From contig OZ024743.1 of assembly GCA_964016885.1 (NCBI GenBank), forward strand, positions 266,228,001 to 266,292,000: 64,000 nt of DNA, written 5' to 3'. Below are positions 44,301-56,501 of this stretch, piece after piece. The position numbers and the translations under genes are program-made. Positions within the stretch are counted from its first letter, which is position 1. Each line of letters begins with the position of its first letter. The notes below the pieces were generated by a model, which saw nothing but the letters and a program-made list of their open reading frames with translations, was not told the DNA's origin and searched no databases. Source of the stretch: Eledone cirrhosa (lineage: Eukaryota).

Positions 44301-45362
44301 TAGACTTTGCTATCCTTTGTTATTTTACTTTACCTTTTGTGTTGGATAACACACCTCCACCACTCAAACGCCTATCTTAAAAGCCCAAGGGCCCATATGA
44401 CGAGAAATCGCACTTAGTCACGCCTTAACCCACATACCCAACCCTACACGGAGCCCGTTGCTGGCCTACATAGCGGTTGCTTGCACGCACAGATTTGGGG
44501 ACTCGGATTTTCAATGGGACAGCGGTACAAACCGAGTTCGATTTGAGTTGATTGCTTACTCTTCACCTGGATGTGTATATACCCAGACATACCCTTTTTT
44601 GGACGATACGGATGTGCATATACCATGACATACATTATTTGGAGATACGGATGTTACAATTCAATCTATACACGTATAGCAGAACACTGAACTGAACGTA
44701 CTTGCTTGTGTGTGGTGTGTGTGTATTTGCATCGTCAAATTAAGATTTAACCAATGTAGTATTTGTTGTTTTGTAAACTAACTTTTCGGTGAATGTTATG
44801 TTGGTATATTCTTATATTTATTGTTTTTTTCTTTGACATCTCTTCGGTGTGAGTGAGAGTGTGTGTGTACCCACTCACACTAATTGTCACCGTCTATAGT
44901 TCTACAGATTTAATACTGTGTGGATATGTGGATATATTTATATATATGTTTTCTTTGACTTCGAGTCGGTGTGTGTGGGCGTTAAATGTGTGTGTACCCA
45001 CTCACATTAACTGTGACCGACTGTATTTCTACAGATTTGATTGATGTCCAGCGTCTTTTGCAGCTATTGGGATATAGAAATTTGATTGTTTTATGACCTT
45101 AACTGAAGTTGATAGCAGTCGCCGCATTTTGACTGATTGGTCTTCGTATGAGGGAATAAACTCTGTGAGTGAACATCGCTAATTTTCTCCCTCATGTCAA
45201 GAATTTGAAGACAATTCATTTTCAACTGATGAGATCAGTGATAATTGATCATGACTTCACGATCGATCTATTTTTTCTTCAAACATGTTTCGTGATTAAA
45301 ATGATTGGAAATTTTACCTTGCCTTCGGATTTTCATTTTGATATATATATATATATATATAC

Positions 45363-45491
<129 letters not shown>

Positions 45492-45510
45492 GCAGAGTGT
45501 AGATGTTTTA

Positions 45511-45620
45511 ATATAGAAGAGCTTCTACAGGACTAGAACTGTTTCATTGGTGAGAAATGGTTCCTGATGATTTCTCAGGAATGAAACAGTTCTATTCCTG
45601 TAGAAGCTCTTCTCTATATA
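45511..45620 (+). mobile_element. Minimal fold-back PLE, family P1, with HHR at ~45560-45607; tail absent
   Basis: ttc-CTGATGA-tttctcaggaat-GAAA-cag..ctg-TA-gaa. The inverted arm matches 1-40. Confidence 0.75.
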
Positions 45621-45634
45621 TATACTTATATTAA

Positions 45635-46434
<800 letters not shown>

Positions 46435-46972
46435 AATAGTCTCCCGTTAATGTTGAGATACAATTTGGCTGTATTGGGCTGCGCTTTCTAGCAATAAGCC
46501 TACCAGCCATAAGCAACTAATCACATCCTTTTTAACTTGACCGCTGCCACGTCACGACTCTTACCCATTTTTGAATGTAGTCTTGGCGCGATCACATTAA
46601 TTGTCTAAATTTGAGCTAACTCCTGATGAATCCGAAGCTCTAGATATCCCCTGTTATCGAATGTCTTAAAATACGGACAAAACCATGATAGATGTAATTA
46701 AATATGTACACATTTCTTCTAGTTTATTTTACACCTAATTCTGTTTAGTTGACTGTATATCTGGTCGATTTATACATGCTGTCGAAATGTTCGATAAATA
46801 CTCCGTTGTAACCGCCGCGAAGGGGCTGCTTTCGGTTATTTGTCGGAGATTTCTTCATAGGAGCCTTTATTCTTATAGCTTAGTCTAATTGATTTTTGAT
46901 ATGGTTAATTATGCTAATTGGGAGAGGAAACGGTATATATTTTATCTAGTGATTCTATAGACATGTTTTATG

Positions 46973-47005
<33 letters not shown>

Positions 47006-47952
47006 GTTAAAGAATGAAGAGTAACATGGTTGGCTGTACAACAAGGCCTTTATTTAAAGTTCTGAAAATTGAATCGTTGATCAGGTGAGTCTAAAGTTCG
47101 CTAATCGCTTGAGGTTGCGTCATTCTATCTTCAATACATTATTTACCTCTGGTCAACACACCAGAGTACGTAGATATGAAAGTAATTCACTCGAGGCAAG
47201 ACTTATATAGAAACAGAGCGTATAATCAAAACAATAACATCAATAATAAAATAGCGTATAATCAAAATATTAACATCAATAATAAAACATATATGGTAAA
47301 TAGGTATATACATACCATTTACATGTATAACTGTTCCATGTTTGGGTGGGCGTGGCATGTTAATATCCATTCCAATTTCTAAATGTGAACGTTTTATAAA
47401 ATCTGAGTGTGACTATAGAAAATTGAGCTAGTATGCATAACTATCTGTATTTGCTTTCTTTACCATTACTGTTAATGACTGTGCCTGTCTGTATGTATGT
47501 TTGACATTCAGATAGCAATGGCTTTCTACATTCATCCATAGACTTTTAGAAATAATTTATTAATAATAAATTTTTAGTTCTTTCTGCAACAGTTAACCAT
47601 TTTCATAGTTTTTTTAACGATTCTATTTACGTTTTTGAATTTACAAGGAATATCGCCTCATTTTCTGTGCATGTCTTGCATGAGATCTTTGATTTCTCAC
47701 ACAAACCCAAGTGCTTTTAAGCAAGCATCAATTACGAATTCGAAGATATCGGATAAAGAAAAATGACTAGTCGTGCTGCTGCTGATCGTGTTAAGTTCTT
47801 GAAAGGTCTGGTTGCAATGTTATCGATATACGATTGATCTAAACAAGTAGACATTTCTGATTTTACAAAGTGAATATATATATATATATATATATATATA
47901 GATATAGATATATCTATATTTATATATATATATATGATGTATATAATATATT

Positions 47953-48023
<71 letters not shown>

Positions 48024-48445
48024 TTTTAGACCTTTAATTTTCGTATAATGTTTACTTTATAATACTAAGGGGGGAAATAATTTTAAATTCTATTTGTATT
48101 TATTTATTTTGAGCACTATTTTATATCGTGATTAAAGCTACAATTTTTCATCGCCACACTGACCCATTATCTGTTTCAGTGAAATGCAATAATAATAATA
48201 ATGTTTTCTTTATTAACCACAAGGGTTCACATAAAGTAGACATTAAGGACAGTACAGGACAATACAGGACGGTACAAATGGGCATTTCTGCGTGTAAAAA
48301 AACAGAGGTTGAAATAAAATAACAAAGAAAAATTCCCCAATAGGGGGGAGACTTCCAAGGAACATTTGTGGAGAAAGCCCATTAAAAGACCACAGTGGCC
48401 CTGACCACCAGGGCAAGTGCCCTCTCCCAGTTTTCCACCTTTAAT

Positions 48446-51400
48446 TTACAGACACATACTCAGAGAAGGCCCATTCATTCGGGCCATACTTGCTTCTCTC
48501 ACCCATCTTTCAACAAAATGCTGGGAAGAGAGCACTTCCCTCTCTACCCTGATTTTCCTTTTCAAATGAAATTTGAAAAAGTTAATCAGGGCATCACCGA
48601 AGAGGTAAGTGCTCGTCTTCAGCCCTTTCAAACGTGTCCACCATACTATCTCTTTCGCCATGGCCACCAGACAGATAAAAACTGCCTGCCCTTCCAGGCT
48701 AAAGGAAGGGGGCGGGGCAATCCTCACGATGGACTCAGCTGATAGCTGGATCCGTCCTACACGTGACAGCAGGTGTTCGACATAAACCCACAAGTCAGCA
48801 ATGCTCGGACACTGGACGAGTGCGTGCAGGACGGTTTCGTCGCCCTGCGCGCATCTCGGACATGCCCGACTGACGGCACCTCCATGCCTGTAGAGTTTAT
48901 CCCGAACTGGCAAAGCTCCTCGGTAGCACTGCCAGGCCAGGGATTTCTGGAAGTTGTCCATAGGCCACGGCACGAAAGTCCTTCCGAAGAGATTGGCTAG
49001 TTGATTTTCGTCGACGCCTAGAGTTTCTCCAAGTACGTCGTCGCTCTTCCCCTCCACTAATCCCCTATAGAACGCCAAGGTGGAGTTTCCACCGATCACA
49101 TTGCCCGATTGGTCGAGGGCTATGAGCGCCTGAAGACATTCCAGTCTCCAAGCGCTCCCTCTCGGTCTTCGCTTGACCCAGGACTGCAGCTCCGTCAAGG
49201 AGACGAGCTGGGGAAAAACGTGTCTTGCAAACGGCGACCACACCTGATCACCGTCGAGGAAGAGGTGGAGATGTCGTAGCCTGAGCGCGTGTCTGCGCAT
49301 CATCAGCCACGGCATGCCCAGCCCTCCACGTAGCGGGTGTTGACAGCAGATGGACCGCCTGACCATCAGAGCGCGTCCCTTCCACAAGAAGCGAAAGAGC
49401 AAACGCTCCAGCGCAGTCAGGCGGGGCTTAGGACAAGGTACGACGGTCAGGCGGTAGTAGATGACGGATGCGATGTACGCATTCGCCACCTCCGCTCGAC
49501 CTTTCAGGGATAGCTTCCTCTCGGCCCATTTCTGGGTGAGAGAAGCCACCCTGCTCGTCACCTCGTCCCAGTTTTTGTCCGTCTGGAGGTCTGGACCGAA
49601 CCAGACCCCTAGCAATTTAACCGGTCCGTCCGTCCAGCGCCCGACGACGCTGTTGGACGGCATGGACCTGCCTCTCCAGGTGCCGAGCTGCAGGCCCACT
49701 GACTTTTCCTGGTTGATCATTGCTCCTGTCACCGCTTCGTATTCTCTTAGTGTAGTGCCGATCGCCTCGATGTGTTTGGCGTTCGACACCACTACGGTGA
49801 CATCGTCGGCATATGCTGACACGGATCTTCCGCATCCTAGTTCGCGCGGGACCCCCCTCAACGTCTCCAGTTTGTGCAGTAATGGCTCGAGAGTCAATAC
49901 GTACAATAGGGACGAGAGGGGACATCCTTGGCGGACCGAGCGCATGATGTTGAACGGTTCCGAAAGGTGACCGTTCACTCTCACTACAGAGCAGATGTCG
50001 CTGTGCATGGCAGCGATCCAGCCTCTGAAGACGGGCCCAAAGCCAGCCGCCCTCAGGACTGCCGTTAGGTAACGATGGTCGACCCTATCGAAGGCTTTCG
50101 ACTGATCTAAATTGATCAAAGACCCACCCGTGCCAGGTTCCCTAGCTACCCTCTCTACGATGTATCGCATGAGGTGGAGGTTGTCGTGGATGGATCTGTC
50201 GGAATGGCGCATGTCTGTGCCTCTCCCACCAGACCACCAACGACAAGCGCCAACCTCTTTGCTAGCACCTTGGCCAAAATCTTGAACTCTGTGTTTAGCA
50301 GAGTTATGGGCCTAAAATTATCTATGTTATCCCCCTTGTTCGGATCCTTTCTCAGCAGTGCCACCGCTCCTCGGCTCACAGAGCTGGGAATTCTCCCGTT
50401 CTGTTGCCAGTTGCAGTAGACGTCCGCCAAGAGGCCTCCGAACAAGTTTGGCATTTGTACGTAAAGTTCATAGGGCAGACCATCCAAACCAGGCGATTTA
50501 CCCCTTGTGCAACTAGTCATTGCATCCCGTACTTCAGCGGTTGTTATCGGCTTTTCGCAACACTCCGCCTCAGTGGCCGAAAGCCGCGGCAGTCCGTCGA
50601 GGTAGACACTAAAGTCCATCCCTCGATCCGGCCAGCCACTGCCCCCGAACAGTTGAGCGAAGTGTCGCTGAAAAGCTTCACACATTTGCCCGGGATCAAG
50701 TAGCATCCGCCCGTCGTGGGCCACCAAAGACCGGATCGTGGCTTTGTTGCCACGACGCGCCTCCGCCACTCGGGCCCATTGAACGGCTTTCGTCCCCTCG
50801 TGTCTGAGAGCACGCACCCTAGCTCTGACAACGCAGCCTTCGTGCTTTGCATTGAAGAATTGGTCAAGGGCCAATTTCGCCGCAAGTACGTCGGTCGCGA
50901 TGCTTTTGCTAAGCGCCTCATCTAATTTTCTAACTAATTCTCCCTCTGCTCTATTTTTCTCTATTGCTAAAGTCTTACTAAACCTAATGGACTCTATTCT
51001 AATTGCTCTTTTCAGAGCAAACCACCACTTGTTGTTGACGATGACCCCCGTCAACGCCCGCTTAACTAGTTCGCTAATCCGGTCTCTGTCGGCCTTGCGC
51101 GCTGGTAAGGACGCGTTTAACTTCCAATAGCCGGGTCGTCGTCTATGAAGCCTATCTAATTCAAGCACACAGATCACGAATTTGTGGTCCGTGTAGCTGA
51201 CTATCTTGAATTGTGGACAGCCTATGCTAGACCTATCTATATCCCTACAAAATACTCTATCTAGATATGATCTGGATGACCCTATGCGATTTGTCCAAGT
51301 CCTCATTGGTACATTCGGGAAATCCATTCGGTACCTGTCAGACAGTTCAAAACGTCTGAGCAGGTTGGTGAGACTCTTGCACCCTCCTTCCCTATCCACT

Positions 51401-51863
51401 AATCCCACACAATCCCAGCGTGCATCTAAGATCCCGTTCCAGTCGCCCACTAACACTAAAGAGCGGGACGTTCCAAGAAAGGTCTCCAGACGCCGGAAGA
51501 AATCAGGCCGCCCTGCTCCTGTCGGGGCATAGATGGCCACTAACCTGAAAGCTTGCCCGTCTCCGCTGGTCACGTCCAGCACCACCAACTTACCTTCTGG
51601 GTCCAGGAAGATGGCCCGTATGGCAAGATTCAAACCTCTCCGAAAAAGCACAGCAACTCCTCCCCCTGATCCCGGACGGCTGGGAGATGCGTACACATCG
51701 TAGCCGCCGAAGATCGGTGCGAAAGCCTGTGCTTCGGAGATTCTGGTCTCGCTGATGGCCACTACATCTATGTTTAGTGACCTGAGGTCGTTGAGCAGGT
51801 GGCCCTGCTTCCATGACGACCCAAGCCACGCGCATTTATGCTGCCTATTCTGAATGAGGTCAT
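48446..51863 (-). CDS. Tx1 ORF2: APE endonuclease, RT and C-terminal CCHC; frameshifts near 51820 and 50200
   Basis: MTSFRIGSINARGL, ISET, GDWN, YLDR, TDH (APE); KSPGLDG, RPITLLN, DQSKAFD, RQGCPLS, AYADD (RT); CPRC..ETVLH..QC. Confidence 0.9.
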
Positions 51864-51897
51864 GTTGAAAAGGAGTGGAAAAGATGGGAAAGACCAC

Positions 51898-53878
51898 TTA
51901 CCTTACTTCTCGTAGGGGAAGGACGGCTTTTCCATCCTTTTCACTGCTTGTGGCCTCCTCAGGAAGGATGTCCTTATAAATCCTCCTGGAGAGTGCTTGT
52001 CGGAAGTCTCCGATGTCTTTGGGGAATTTTTGTTTTAGTGTCATGTACGTTTTCTGTGTGATGCGAGTGATTTGTATGTGTGGAGGTGGTGTGAATTTTG
52101 GGGTTGTTGTGTAGTCTTTTTCTGTGATGCTGGTGTTGTGTTGGATGTAGTGTAATAATTGCTTGTTGTTCAAATTTAATGTTGTGTAGTGTGTATCGTT
52201 TTGGTTGTTTTGTTTTGTTTGCGTTTGTTGTGGGTTTGTTTCTGTTTCGCATTTTGGTGACTTTTGTGGTGTAGGTGATGGTGGTGCTGGGGATAATGAT
52301 GGTGATGGTGTTGGTGTTTGGGTTGATGTGGTTGATGATGCTGGTGTGGATGGTGGCATATCTGTCCTAACTTTTTTGTTTCTTAGTTTATTTGTTTCCC
52401 TCTGTATTTTGTTTTTGGAGGGGGAAGGAAGAGAATTTTTTCTTTTTTGGTTTCTTTTTTTTTTTCCGGATATCGTTTCCTACTCCTCGTCGTCACAATC
52501 TGTCTCCAGTTGTGATAGGCCGGGGAGTGGAAAATCCTCCACAGCCGTTAGTTTTGGTTGTGGTGTGGTGGATGGTGTAGGCGCTGGTGCTAGTTCTGAA
52601 GCGTTGGGTGGTGGTGGTGTTGGTTTTGCTGGTGGTGGTAGTGGTGTTGGTTTTGCTACTGTTGCTGGGGTTGTTGCTGTTATAGTTGCTTCTGTTGTTG
52701 CTGCTACAGTTGTTGCTGCCATCTCTGCTACTGGTGGTGTTGATGGTTGTGTCACTGGGGTGGGTAGGAGAGGTGGCCTCAACCTTTTAGCCTGAGGGCA
52801 GAAAGCCCTTAGGTGGGTTCCTTCACCACAAACGACACACCTAGGTCTTCTGCCCTCGACAATTACCGTGAGGTGGCTGCCGTCAGTGAGGTCTATTACC
52901 TCTGGGATCTCCTCAATGCTTTTTTGGTCCGCTTGGATCAGGAGCTCCATCCCAGATCCGGACCAGTTTTCCTGCTTTTCTTTTGCTACTGCTATTATTT
53001 TCGTGTTGGCTTCGATGCCGGCGAGGACAGCCGCTATTAGCCAGGGAATTTCGATGGCCGGTGGAACGTGGGTCACCCTGATCTTTACGAGTCTCTGGCC
53101 ACAATAGCTTGGGACGAGTGTGAGGTCGTCACTTTTTAATGGGGCCATGGAGTGTTCTCTAGCCTCCTCTGGTGTTTCAAAGAACACATCCACGGTTCCA
53201 TACTTTTGCCCACGTCTGATGTGGGTTTTTCTTGCCCACACATGTCCCAAAGCTTTTTGGATTTGGGACTCGGATGCCCGTTCCACTCGGCGCGATTTTA
53301 CATTTATTGTTCTATACGACACGGTGCACAGGCGCCGATGCTCCATTTTATTAGGTGGGGGGGACCCTGTACCCATCTTTCTTTACCATTTGTTTGGCAT
53401 TTTCTAAATCTTCTTGAGTTACCGTGAACGCTTCGAATTGTTTTGCTACGATGGCGAAACTGAGGGTCGGTTTTATAATGTCATTGTTGTTGTTGTTGCT
53501 ATCGTTTATATTAATTTTATTTTCAGTTGTGGTGGTGGTGACGTCAGTCGTATTTGGTGGGGAAGAGTCCATTTTGCTTGATTTCATTTCGACGTCACGA
53601 GTTAATTTATTTTTTTCTTCTTTTGTTTCTGTTGTCGCGGTGGTGGTGGTGGTGGTGGTTGTCGCGGTGGTGGTGGTGGTGGTGGAGGGTTTAACACCTG
53701 CAGTCATTGGTAATGGCGGGAAATGAATGTCTGCCTGAGACAAATTTAAAATATTGCTACTGCTTATATTTTTTTTTGTGTTGGCAAACGTAGTAACATT
53801 TACAATGGTGGTGTCGGTGTGAGGTGTTATTTTGTGAGGAAGGCTTTCAGCTGCTTCGTGCAGAGGGGAATTAGCCAT
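51898..53878 (-). CDS. Tx1 ORF1 (RRM-like region, CCHC knuckle, low-complexity linkers), split by two frame disruptions
   Basis: Three consecutive ORFs (53351-53878, 52480-53376, 51898-52359). CVVCGEGTHLRAFC knuckle preceded by VIVEGRRPR. Confidence 0.8.
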
Positions 53879-54095
53879 TTTTTTTTAAAGAAATTTTTGG
53901 ATAATAATAAAAGTTAAAATTTTGGGCACAAGGCCCCAATCTTTTTGGGTGTCCTTTTCGGAAAACAATGTATGTGTGCTTATAAACAGTTTACAATAAA
54001 ATTTTCCATAAATGGCAATTTTTAAACAAACGGAAATAACAAACCTTTGCGGAGCTCACGATAATACGATAATACGATTTCCTACGTAGGTCGCC

Positions 54096-54140
<45 letters not shown>

Positions 54141-56393
54141 CAACTGGAAATCACCAGGCCCAGATGGTGTGCAGGGGTATTGGATTAAACATTTAACATC
54201 CCTCCACCCGATGCTGACGGCCATGTTCAATGACTGCTTGGTGTCGGGTGAGGTGCCAGAGTGGTTGACAAAAGGTACCACAGTTCTGATAATGAAAGAC
54301 CGAATCAAGGGTAATGATGTTACCAACTATAGACCTATCACATGTCTGCCCGTAATGTGGAAACTGTTGACGAGCATTGTGTCTGAGGAAATCTACCATC
54401 ACCTCCACACAAACAACTTGTTGCCGGACGAACAGAAAGGATGCCGAAAGAAGTCACGTGGTACAAAGGACCAGTTGCTTATTGATAAGATGGTAATGGG
54501 GAATTGCAGGAGGAGACACACTGATCTTGCCATGGGATGGATAGACTACAGAAAGGCATTTGACATGGTGCCTCATTCCTGGATCACCAAAAGCCTGGAG
54601 ATCTTCAGGGTGGCAGATAACATCAGACAGTTGCTGGGCAGGAGTATGGGGTCCTGGGAGACAGAGTTGACATCAACTGGAGTATCCTTGGGAAGCGTGA
54701 AGATCAAGAGAGGTATCTTCCAGGGAGATAGCCTGTCCCCTCTGTTGTTTGTCCTTGCCCTGATGCCCTTGACCATTATGCTGCGAAAAGTGAGAGCAGG
54801 ATACAAGTTGGGAAGGGGAGAGCTTACCATCAATCACCTCCTCTTCATGGACGATCTTAAGCTCTTCGGGAAAAGTGAGAAGGAGTTGGATGTGCTTGTT
54901 GACACTGTCCGTATTTTCAGCAGTGATATATGTATGCAGTTTGGTATTGGTAAATGTGGAGTCATTGTGATGAGGAGGGGTAGGTTGAGCAGAAGTAACG
55001 GGATCCAGATACCAACAGGTGAGATGATAAAGGAAATTGACTCTGAGGAAGGATACAAGTATTTGGGCGTTCTGGAGGCTGATGGCATAAAGAACAAAAA
55101 AATGAAGGAATTGTTAAGAACTGAATACATTCGGAGAGTAAGGAGCGTATTGAAGTCACATCTGAACAGCAGAAATGCCATAAGCGCAGTAAATTCCCGA
55201 GCTGTGTCTATTATTAGGTACAGTGCGGGAATTCTGAGATGGAATGTTGCTGAACAAAAAGAAATGGATAGGAAGACTAGGAAGCTATTGACTATCTACA
55301 ACATGTTCCACAAGAGGAGTGATGTCGATAGACTCTACCTAAGGAGATCTGAGGGTGGAAGAGGTCTTATCAGCATAGAGGACTGTGTTCATATGGAGAA
55401 AAACAACCTATACAAATACGTGACCTATAGTAAGGAGCCAATGCTCAGAGCTGTACTGAAGGAGGGGACAGTAGGCCAGGGGATACCCAAGGAGGAAATA
55501 ACATCAAGGAGGAAGAGCAGCCTTAAGGGAAAATCCCTTCATAGTACCTTCTTTGAGAAAACTGAATTTAGAGATCCACAGACATGGAACTGGTTGAGAA
55601 GAGGAGACCTCAAAAAGGCTACAGAAGGAATGCTAATGGCTGCGCAGGAGCAGGCCCTCAAAATGAAGTGGTTGAAGCACCATATCTACAAGGAGGAGGC
55701 TAGCCCACTGTGCAGGATCTGTGGAGAGAGAGAGGAGACTGTGGCTCACATTGTGTCCGAGTGTAAACACCTAGCCCAGACCCACTATAAGGGCTGGAGA
55801 CACGATGTGATGGGCAGGGTGATCCACTGGCACCTGTGCAAAGTAAACAATCTACCACATTCTGAGAAATGGTATGAGCATAGGCCAGAGGCGGTGATGG
55901 AGAACAGTCAGGTGAAGGTGCTGTGGGATTTTAGGATACAGACGGACAAAAAACTGGAACACAATAGACCTGACCTGGTGGTTGTGGACAAAGAAAAAAG
56001 ATCGTGCCTGATTGTGGATGTGGCCTGCCCGTTCGACACGAGAGTGCAAGAGAAGGAGAGGGAGAAAATTAACCGATACCAGGACCTAAAGTGGGAGGTG
56101 AAAAGGATTTGGAACTGCCATGAAGTCAAAGTGATCCCGATTGTCATAGGCGCACTGGGGACTATCTCCAAAGGTTTCCAGGGATGGTTAAAGAAAATCG
56201 GCCCCTTCACGCTTTTTGGAACGCTTCAAAAGGCATGCTTGCTTGGAACGGCAAGAACCCTCCGATACGTCCTGAATATCTGAGGCTGCAGGTAGTGGCT
56301 TGATATTCAATCCAACGGACTTTCCAGTTAACCAACATCAATGACTGAGATTCAAGGAATAACAATAACAATAATAATAATAATAATAATAAT
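54141..56393 (+). mobile_element. R4/Dong-clade LINE, family A, 5'-truncated, with (TAA)n tail
   Basis: Begins within RT directly after (AAT)n. Short 3' UTR, then aacaataataat... Confidence 0.92.
54169..56283 (+). CDS. R4/Dong RT, CCHC and restriction-like endonuclease (uninterrupted 704-aa frame, N-terminus missing)
   Basis: YRPITCL, WIDYRKAFD, GIFQGDSLSP, LFMDDLK, CRICGEREETVAHIVSEC, RPDLVVVDKEKRSCLIVDVACP and EKINRY motifs. Confidence 0.92.
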   Translation: MQGYWIKHLTSLHPMLTAMFNDCLVSGEVPEWLTKGTTVLIMKDRIKGNDVTNYRPITCLPVMWKLLTSIVSEEIYHHLHTNNLLPDEQKGCRKKSRGTKDQLLIDKMVMGNCRRRHTDLAMGWIDYRKAFDMVPHSWITKSLEIFRVADNIRQLLGRSMGSWETELTSTGVSLGSVKIKRGIFQGDSLSPLLFVLALMPLTIMLRKVRAGYKLGRGELTINHLLFMDDLKLFGKSEKELDVLVDTVRIFSSDICMQFGIGKCGVIVMRRGRLSRSNGIQIPTGEMIKEIDSEEGYKYLGVLEADGIKNKKMKELLRTEYIRRVRSVLKSHLNSRNAISAVNSRAVSIIRYSAGILRWNVAEQKEMDRKTRKLLTIYNMFHKRSDVDRLYLRRSEGGRGLISIEDCVHMEKNNLYKYVTYSKEPMLRAVLKEGTVGQGIPKEEITSRRKSSLKGKSLHSTFFEKTEFRDPQTWNWLRRGDLKKATEGMLMAAQEQALKMKWLKHHIYKEEASPLCRICGEREETVAHIVSECKHLAQTHYKGWRHDVMGRVIHWHLCKVNNLPHSEKWYEHRPEAVMENSQVKVLWDFRIQTDKKLEHNRPDLVVVDKEKRSCLIVDVACPFDTRVQEKEREKINRYQDLKWEVKRIWNCHEVKVIPIVIGALGTISKGFQGWLKKIGPFTLFGTLQKACLLGTARTLRYVLNI

Positions 56394-56501
56394 CTGAGGC
56401 TGCAGGTAGTGGCTTGATATTCATTCCAGCGGACTTTCCAGTTAACCAACATCAATGACAGAGATTCAAGGAATAACAACAATAATAATAATAATAATAA
56501 T
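56391..56501 (+). mobile_element. R4/Dong family A 3'-UTR-only copy with tail
   Basis: Repeats 56279-56365 with a few substitutions. Confidence 0.85.

Larger units (their letters stand above)
48188..54095 (-). mobile_element. Near full-length Tx1/L1-clade non-LTR retrotransposon inserted in an (AAT)n microsatellite
   Basis: 5' end abuts (ATT)n at 54095. ORF1 and ORF2 present. AATAAA at 48209-48214 (minus strand), followed by (TTA)n. Confidence 0.92.

Noticed and set aside
47000-47870. Possible LTR or coding relic
   Set aside because: No recognisable motif or terminal repeat.
48395-53726. Plus-strand ORFs overlapping the Tx1 element
   Set aside because: Antisense shadows of GC-rich coding sequence, with no motifs.
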